NCBI GenBank assembly: GCA_015523565.1
Contig: WAKA01000227.1
Location: 1-13,358 of the forward strand
Origin: Candidatus Heimdallarchaeota archaeon
GTDB lineage: Archaea > Asgardarchaeota > Heimdallarchaeia > Heimdallarchaeales > Kariarchaeaceae
DNA: 13,358 nt
Reading direction: 5' to 3'
The first letter of the stretch is position 1; every line of letters begins with the position of its first letter. The notes below the pieces were generated by a model. The model had not been told where the DNA came from and did no database searches. It saw only the letters and a program-made list of their open reading frames with translations. The position numbers and the translations under genes were made by a program. Shown piece after piece: positions 8,185 through 13,358 of this stretch.

Positions 8185-9474
8185 TCAATATAACATGGGT
8201 GGATGTTCAAACCTTCTTTTTCTTCTATCAAGATGGTGTTTCCTTCTAAACACTACCAAGACAAACGCAGGTACTGCCAAAAAGATTGACGCAACAAATG
8301 AACCTTCTGTACTTCTAGAATAAAAAAATGGGGCAAGGGAATTTGCCACTGCTGTTCCCAATATACTCATTGATGTGGTCAGACCAAAAACAAAGGAAAA
8401 GTCAGACCTGTCAACAACTCGTCCAATGCGTGTGATTTCCATGGTGAAATATGTGGAAATTGCAAGGTTCAGAATAAACAACCCTGCAATGTAGAAATAA
8501 AGATTCAACTTTGAAAAGGACATTGACAATGTCCCTATTACCACCAATATCCATCCAAGTACTCGCATGTTCTCATCCTTGACATAATCATAGAGTTTTC
8601 CGACAACAGGTGCCCATATTACTTGGATCAGGGATGCAGCTCCAGTAATGAAGCCAACAAATGTCAGGTTTAATTTCAACACATTATATCCATATACTGC
8701 ATAAACTGATGATATCAGTCCAAATATCAACCCCGCCACCGTGAAGAGAAGAATGGCTTCCCAGATTCCATTTTCCCGAAGTGCTGAAAGATGTATCTTC
8801 CCTGCTTTTGGGGGGGAGGATAGATCCACGTCAATTTTTTCTTCTGGAAATATCTTGACAAAAACTACAGGCATGCTTTTCAATAATATTGAATATAAAA
8901 CGAAGTCTCCTGCAATAATAAAGAACGATGCGATTATTATTGTATCAGGGGGATAATGGTCAAGCAGAAACGCGAACAAATATGGCCCAAAAAAACTACC
9001 AAGCCCTACCATTGCAGATAACAACCCGTTTTTCATTCCTTTGTCCCTTTTTGAAACTGAGACAATTGCCCTTCCTGTCATGGCAAACATGTTGACTCCG
9101 AACCTGATAGAAGACAAGGCAATCATGTAGACAATTGGCAATGCTGAAAGATATACCAACCCGATTGCAATGATATATATTGAATAGCCCAACGCAAATG
9201 CCCTTGTCCGTCCAATCCTATCAGAAATGAGCCCTGCCGGCAATCTTGTGGCGGCTCCGACAAAAAACGCAACAGACCCGATTTGCCCCCACAATTTTAC
9301 TGTTTCCGTATCTGTCAATCCAAACTTCACTTGCAAATAAAGTGGAAAAATGGAAAAAAACCCTTTGAAAATAAAAAATCCCAGAAAATATGGAATAAGA
9401 ATCGGTACCAATTCAGTAACTGAAATGACAACGGTTGATTTATTTTCCACAGCATCCCAATTGATTGCTGTCAT
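8185..9474 (-). CDS. Major facilitator superfamily transporter
   Basis: About 12 hydrophobic segments in two halves, motif A GLISDRIGRTRA, and second-half equivalent GKLYDYVKD. The start is uncertain (ATG 9474 preferred over TTG 9504). Confidence 0.9.
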   Translation of the reverse strand: MTAINWDAVENKSTVVISVTELVPILIPYFLGFFIFKGFFSIFPLYLQVKFGLTDTETVKLWGQIGSVAFFVGAATRLPAGLISDRIGRTRAFALGYSIYIIAIGLVYLSALPIVYMIALSSIRFGVNMFAMTGRAIVSVSKRDKGMKNGLLSAMVGLGSFFGPYLFAFLLDHYPPDTIIIASFFIIAGDFVLYSILLKSMPVVFVKIFPEEKIDVDLSSPPKAGKIHLSALRENGIWEAILLFTVAGLIFGLISSVYAVYGYNVLKLNLTFVGFITGAASLIQVIWAPVVGKLYDYVKDENMRVLGWILVVIGTLSMSFSKLNLYFYIAGLFILNLAISTYFTMEITRIGRVVDRSDFSFVFGLTTSMSILGTAVANSLAPFFYSRSTEGSFVASIFLAVPAFVLVVFRRKHHLDRRKRRFEHPPMLY

Positions 9475-9610
9475 TTGTATTGTTTGGTTGTGGCAGTTTT
9501 TCAATGAACTGATGCCTTGGAAATTCCAATATCATTCCGAACCAATTAAAACATGTTTCTTTCATGTTTTGCATTCCGAATTTTCCCTTTTGCAGTTTTA
9601 CCTGTTGATT

Positions 9611-9651
9611 TTTTAATGGCTAAATTATAATTTTACCTGATAATTGGTGAT
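9611..9651 (+). promoter_or_regulatory. Putative TATA box (TTTTAA, 9611-9616) and SD (GGTGAT, 9646-9651) for the small peptide gene
   Basis: GGTGA ends 6 nt before ATG 9657. The palindrome AAATTATAATTT (9622-9633) lies between the two elements and contains an alternative TATA-like TTATAA. Confidence 0.5.
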
Positions 9652-9656
9652 GAAAA

Positions 9657-9803
9657 ATGAAGTTAATGGTAAAAAAATTGATCATTGCAATAATCCCATT
9701 TTTGGTAATGCTTGGAATAACTCTTGCTAGCGCTAATGGCTCTGAATTTCCTGGTGGGAATGAGACAGATGCTCCACGAAGTGGATGGGGATGGAGAAGA
9801 TAA
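9657..9803 (+). CDS. 48-aa secreted peptide precursor (not in the ORF track): MKLMVKKLIIAIIPFLVMLGITLASA|NGSEFPGGNETDAPRSGWGWRR
   Basis: Translated by hand from ATG 9657 to TAA 9801-9803. It has a tripartite Sec signal peptide (KK n-region, hydrophobic h-region, A-S-A cleavage motif), an archaeal SD, and the same orientation as the MCP. Confidence 0.75.
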   Translation: MKLMVKKLIIAIIPFLVMLGITLASANGSEFPGGNETDAPRSGWGWRR

Positions 9804-9811
9804 ATCCTTGA

Positions 9812-9866
9812 TTTCATTCTAAAATTAAAATTTGTTTTATCAAGAAAGGATTTTAATTTAATGAAA
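9812..9866. repeat. Imperfect AT-rich inverted repeat overlapping the MCP TATA box
   Basis: TTTCATT (9812-9818) pairs with AATGAAA (9860-9866), and AAATTAAAAT (9822-9831) pairs with ATTTTAATTT (9850-9859). TTTTAA at 9851 begins 29 nt upstream of ATG 9880. Confidence 0.5.
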
Positions 9867-9879
9867 ATAGAAATAGTTT

Positions 9880-11850
9880 ATGAATAAATTCCCATTATAT
9901 CGACTCTTCTCTGAAAGGCTGGTAGTGAAGATCATTGTAATGGTGCTTGTGGGGATATTGTTGATCGGGGGTCTGACAACTTATCGAAACCAGAAAATTT
10001 CACGCATTGCTCAACAACAGGAACTCTTGGTTGACACGAAATTTGACTTTTCACAAGTCTTGATTTTTACAGGGGATTTTGTCAAGAACAACACAGGTCT
10101 CTATGAAATTATCAATCAGTCATACCTCGACATCTTCCATGAAATTGATCAACTCAAAACTCTAATTACACCTTCGCTCTTGCCAGAACTTGATCAAATC
10201 CGCGGATTTGTCCAGAAGTCCTATGACCTTTCAATCAATACGAGTTTTGAACGGACATTACAAAAGGAAATTCCCGTCCAATTCAATTCGTTGCAAGAAT
10301 TCAATGGTGCCACTGACAGTATCTTCAAAATTTTATCTGAATGGAATACGTTATGGCTCAATGGATCTGCCCGTGACATCTTTCATCTCAAGTTTTACCA
10401 AATTCATGAGGAAATTGCAACTTTGGTGGGCGTTCAAGAAGACTATTCAAAAGGCATACTGCAAAAGTTCATGTTTGAGGATCAAGCAACTACTGCATTC
10501 AATTCATTGGTTAACCTTACAGCCTCCTATTTGGATGATTATCTTTCTGTGTTGAACACAACCTCGGACAATGCCCTTCTACAGATTAGAGATAATTTTC
10601 AGATGTTAAGGAATTATCTAAAAGGAATTGATGGTGCATTTAATCCATTGCCCAATGATTTGCTCTCTTGGCTAAACATGACATCTAATACTGGGATTTC
10701 TGGAATTAATGCCACTGTACTTGTTGACAAAATGATAAGTGCTGTTGAAAATTCGATTGCCTCGAATCTTTCTTTTTTTGAGACAATATTTCCCCAATCC
10801 CCAATATCTGTTGCCAAAAGAGAACTCAGTCCAATAAGTGCCGCGATGCAACTGCTAAGAAACCAAATCATATTACAGGAAAATGGTTTTTTGGTAATTT
10901 CTGCCATTAACTTCATCTATCCCACAACAATAAATATTCAAATCAACTATTCAGGTTTCACATCTCGTGTTGATCAAATCTTGGAAGCATTGACACACCA
11001 ATTGGATGACCCTGGATTTGTGATTCTCAGCTTTTCCCTATTGCTTGCTACCTTAGGTCTTTTTGTCTTCATTCTAAATACCAATCTTATCCAGCCAATC
11101 AAGAAAATGGAGGCAATGGCGAAGGAAGTCAACAAAGGGAATCTTGCTGTTGAATCCGATGATTGGATGCGTGATGATGAAATCGGCGTTTTGGGTCGTG
11201 CCCTCAATGGGATGGTTGCCTCATTAAGGGCCATGACCAACAGATTGCAACAATCAACAGAACAGGTTTCTGAAACAAGCCAAAAACTCAGTGATATAAC
11301 AAAAGAGGCAAATGAAAGCACTACTCAAATCACCAACACAATGCAACACATAACCCAAGGGGCGTCAGAACAAGTGCAAATGGTGAACAGGGTCATGTCC
11401 ACCCTACTTTCATTTGAATCCACTGTCAACCAGATATTGAAAGATGTTTCAAAAACATTGGAAACCATCATAAAAATATCTCTCCAAACCAATGTTCTTG
11501 CCTTGAACGCAGGTGTTGAAGCCGCCCGTGCAGGTGAATATGGAAGGGGATTTGCCGTGGTTGCCAACAATATGCGTTCCCTTTCCGATAGGGTGAAGGA
11601 AGCCACTGAAGAAGTGGGTAACTTGTCTGAAAGTATTGGTGATAGGCTTCGAGAACTGATCAATAACCTCGAACAAGACCTGAACAATGTCCTCTCTGTC
11701 TCTGAAGAACAGGCAAGCTCTACAGAAGAGGTGACTGCCGCTGTGGAAGAAATAAGCTCACAGGTTCAGATGATTGATAATTCCATGTCTGATCTTGTTA
11801 AACTTATTCAACAATCATTTAGTGAAATCTCCGAAATCCAGACAAAATAA
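9880..11850 (+). CDS. Methyl-accepting chemotaxis-like receptor (TM1 - ~340-aa extracellular domain - TM2 - HAMP - short MCP signalling domain)
   Basis: HAMP PIKKM...GNL...[13 protein letters not shown]; hairpin tip [27 protein letters not shown]; methylation-consensus match [10 protein letters not shown] (11713-11742); multiple sequons between the two TMs. Confidence 0.93.
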   Translation: MNKFPLYRLFSERLVVKIIVMVLVGILLIGGLTTYRNQKISRIAQQQELLVDTKFDFSQVLIFTGDFVKNNTGLYEIINQSYLDIFHEIDQLKTLITPSLLPELDQIRGFVQKSYDLSINTSFERTLQKEIPVQFNSLQEFNGATDSIFKILSEWNTLWLNGSARDIFHLKFYQIHEEIATLVGVQEDYSKGILQKFMFEDQATTAFNSLVNLTASYLDDYLSVLNTTSDNALLQIRDNFQMLRNYLKGIDGAFNPLPNDLLSWLNMTSNTGISGINATVLVDKMISAVENSIASNLSFFETIFPQSPISVAKRELSPISAAMQLLRNQIILQENGFLVISAINFIYPTTINIQINYSGFTSRVDQILEALTHQLDDPGFVILSFSLLLATLGLFVFILNTNLIQPIKKMEAMAKEVNKGNLAVESDDWMRDDEIGVLGRALNGMVASLRAMTNRLQQSTEQVSETSQKLSDITKEANESTTQITNTMQHITQGASEQVQMVNRVMSTLLSFESTVNQILKDVSKTLETIIKISLQTNVLALNAGVEAARAGEYGRGFAVVANNMRSLSDRVKEATEEVGNLSESIGDRLRELINNLEQDLNNVLSVSEEQASSTEEVTAAVEEISSQVQMIDNSMSDLVKLIQQSFSEISEIQTK

Positions 11851-11867
11851 TCGGTTGAAAAAGCTAG

Positions 11868-11906
11868 TTTTAAATGCATTCCCGTGAAATGTTGATCAAC
11901 GGAGGA
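11868..11906 (+). promoter_or_regulatory. TATA box (TTTTAAA, 11868-11874) and SD (GGAGGA, 11901-11906) for aspartate kinase
   Basis: Purine-rich GAAAAAG lies upstream of the TATA; the strong SD ends 10 nt before the in-frame ATC at 11917. Confidence 0.55.
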
Positions 11907-11916
11907 ATCTGTATTT

Positions 11917-13278
11917 ATCGAAAGGAACTTTGAAATTCATAAATTCGGTGGGACAACAACAGGAACTCAGAATGGTCTGAAAAGAATTTTTGAAATTGTC
12001 AGGGATGCAAGGACAATCCCAATCTTGGTCGTCTCCGCGGCGACTGGTGTCACAGACCTTCTGATATCCATTCTTGAAAATCTGCATGAGAACAAAATAC
12101 CAAGATACATTGATGAAATCGTTAAGATGCATGACGAACTTAGCCCTAACCAACTAAGCAAAAACCAAAAATTCATGGAGCAAGTTCTTAGGTTACAACG
12201 AGTCCTATATGGAATCTGTTATACGGAAGAACTCTCAGAAACCCTTCATGACTTGGTTTTAAGCTTTGGTGAACGGCTGATCACTTTTGTCATAATGGAT
12301 GTGTTGAAAGAACTAAATCGCCCAATCCATATTGTCTATCCTGAAGAAACATTGATCACAAACGGTCGGGCATCTCATGCCAGTATTGACCTTGTCTCCT
12401 CGGAACCATTGCTTGTCTCAAAATTAGAATCGATTTTTGCTCAGTCCAATAATCCAGTCATAATAATTCCCGGATTTTATGGAATCTCTCCCCAAGGGAA
12501 AATCAATCTGCTTGGAAGATCGGGCACCGACTATTCTGCTTCTGCTGTTGCATATCTGCTGAATTCAAAAAACCTGACAATATGGAAGGATGTACCCGGT
12601 TTTCTCAGTGCAGATCCAAGGGTTGTTCCCAATGCCCATAAAATTCCTGTGCTGAACTATGGGGAGGCATCAGAGCTATCCCATTTTGGTGCGAAGATTC
12701 TCCACCATCGTGCGGTGTTGCCTGCCAAACTGAAAAACATCCCCATTTACATCAGGAACATCTATAATCCCGATGAAACAACACTTATCACCTCTGATGG
12801 GATTATCGACAGGAACAAAATCATCAAAAGCATTTCTTATAAGAAAGGTCTTGCAATCCTGAAATTCTTTAATTCAATTGGAGCATCTGAAGCAGGCGTT
12901 ATGGATGAAATCACCACCTCGCTAAATCGCCATGGGATTGACATAATCTCTGTTGCCACATCCCAGACATGCATTGCCTTTTTAGTGGATAAAAAAGGGG
13001 CGGAACAAAAGTTGGGAACTATAGAATCCGAGTGCAGTTCAATTGCCGAGGCAATGGCAGTTGAAAATGACATCGCATTGGTTGCATGTGTCGGGGAAGA
13101 ATTGTCACATACCCCTGGTGTCGCATTCAAGGTTTTTGGTGCATTGGCTCGCAAGGGCATCAATGTGGACCTAATTTCTGCAGGTGCCTCAACATCTGCT
13201 CTCCACTTCACCGTAAAGGAAAAGGATTTGGACAATGCTGTTTTGGCCATTCATGATGATCTAATCAACGGACAATAG
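11917..13278 (+). CDS. lysC: Aspartate kinase with two C-terminal ACT domains; true start lies upstream of the ORF-track start and is non-canonical or uncertain
   Basis: The in-frame upstream extension encodes FEIHKFGGT (K at 11941), then VVSA..GVTD, SFGERL, PGFYG, LGRSGTDYSAS, IWKDVPGFLSADPR, ELSHFGAKILH and two ACT repeats. Confidence 0.92.
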   Translation: MERNFEIHKFGGTTTGTQNGLKRIFEIVRDARTIPILVVSAATGVTDLLISILENLHENKIPRYIDEIVKMHDELSPNQLSKNQKFMEQVLRLQRVLYGICYTEELSETLHDLVLSFGERLITFVIMDVLKELNRPIHIVYPEETLITNGRASHASIDLVSSEPLLVSKLESIFAQSNNPVIIIPGFYGISPQGKINLLGRSGTDYSASAVAYLLNSKNLTIWKDVPGFLSADPRVVPNAHKIPVLNYGEASELSHFGAKILHHRAVLPAKLKNIPIYIRNIYNPDETTLITSDGIIDRNKIIKSISYKKGLAILKFFNSIGASEAGVMDEITTSLNRHGIDIISVATSQTCIAFLVDKKGAEQKLGTIESECSSIAEAMAVENDIALVACVGEELSHTPGVAFKVFGALARKGINVDLISAGASTSALHFTVKEKDLDNAVLAIHDDLINGQ

Positions 13279-13330
13279 TGCTTTACCAAAAAACTATCAC
13301 AGATTAATATTAAACAAAAGATTGTGATGC

Positions 13331-13336
13331 TTTAAA
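13331..13336 (+). promoter_or_regulatory. Probable TATA box (TTTAAA) for a gene starting just beyond the window
   Basis: The -29 spacing seen elsewhere predicts a start near 13360. Confidence 0.35.
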
Positions 13337-13358
13337 ACCATACGAAGTTAATTGTTAA

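Noticed and set aside
9771-9800. Resemblance of APRSGWGWRR to animal APGWamide/Wamide neuropeptide precursors
   Set aside because: There is no Gly directly before the dibasic pair (no G-K/R-R amidation signal), it is single-copy, and it is too short to infer homology.
3916-9803. Sulfotransferase or protease as dedicated maturation enzymes for the peptide (RaxX/phytosulfokine-like sulfopeptide system)
   Set aside because: The peptide has no Tyr, and the genes are separated by a housekeeping kor operon. Nothing in the sequence links them without synteny data.
9620-9817. 65-aa minus-strand ORF from the ORF track
   Set aside because: It is the antisense shadow of the plus-strand peptide gene, which has an SD, a TATA box and a coherent signal peptide.
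11884-11895. GTG-AAA-TGT-TGA read as M-K-C-Sec (selenocysteine read-through) to start aspartate kinase
   Set aside because: The GTG lies upstream of the predicted TSS, no SECIS-like element was recognised downstream, and aspartate kinases have no known redox CU motif.
10190-13250. Alternative-frame and antisense ORFs within the MCP and aspartate kinase genes
   Set aside because: Shadow ORFs with no independent support.
13296-13328. ATCACA...TGTGAT inverted repeat with internal TTAATATTAA after lysC
   Set aside because: The arms are only 6 bp in AT-rich DNA. It could be an operator or terminator, but cannot be distinguished from chance.
1-13358. CRISPR arrays, tRNA/rRNA genes, transposases, integrases, lysine riboswitch
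   Set aside because: No regularly spaced repeats, structured-RNA signatures or recombinase motifs were seen, and the lysC upstream region (under 70 nt) is too short for a lysine riboswitch.

Overview
This window looks archaeal and most resembles Asgard (Heimdallarchaeia-like) DNA. That is inferred from a multipass-membrane/longin-like fusion protein, TATA boxes, GGTGA/GGAGG ribosome-binding sites and a sequon-rich surface protein with a C-terminal anchor. Gene content in order: a 5'-truncated 7TM + longin-like protein (+); a degenerate HxlR-like winged-helix protein (-); a large secreted, C-terminally anchored metzincin-type Zn protease (-); a PAPS-dependent sulfotransferase (+); a four-subunit 2-oxoacid:ferredoxin oxidoreductase operon korDABC (-); a small single-pass membrane protein (-); an MFS transporter (-); a 48-aa secreted-peptide precursor missing from the ORF track (9657-9803, +); an orphan chemoreceptor (MCP) with a ~340-aa extracellular domain and a shortened signalling hairpin (+); and an aspartate kinase (+). 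The best candidate for a new system is the peptide precursor directly upstream of the MCP, a possible peptide ligand-receptor pair. Also notable: the aspartate kinase frame has no ATG/GTG/TTG upstream of its essential KFGGT motif, implying ATC initiation, a prfB-like CTT-TGA +1 frameshift, or a sequence error. No rRNA, tRNA, CRISPR array or mobile element was recognised.
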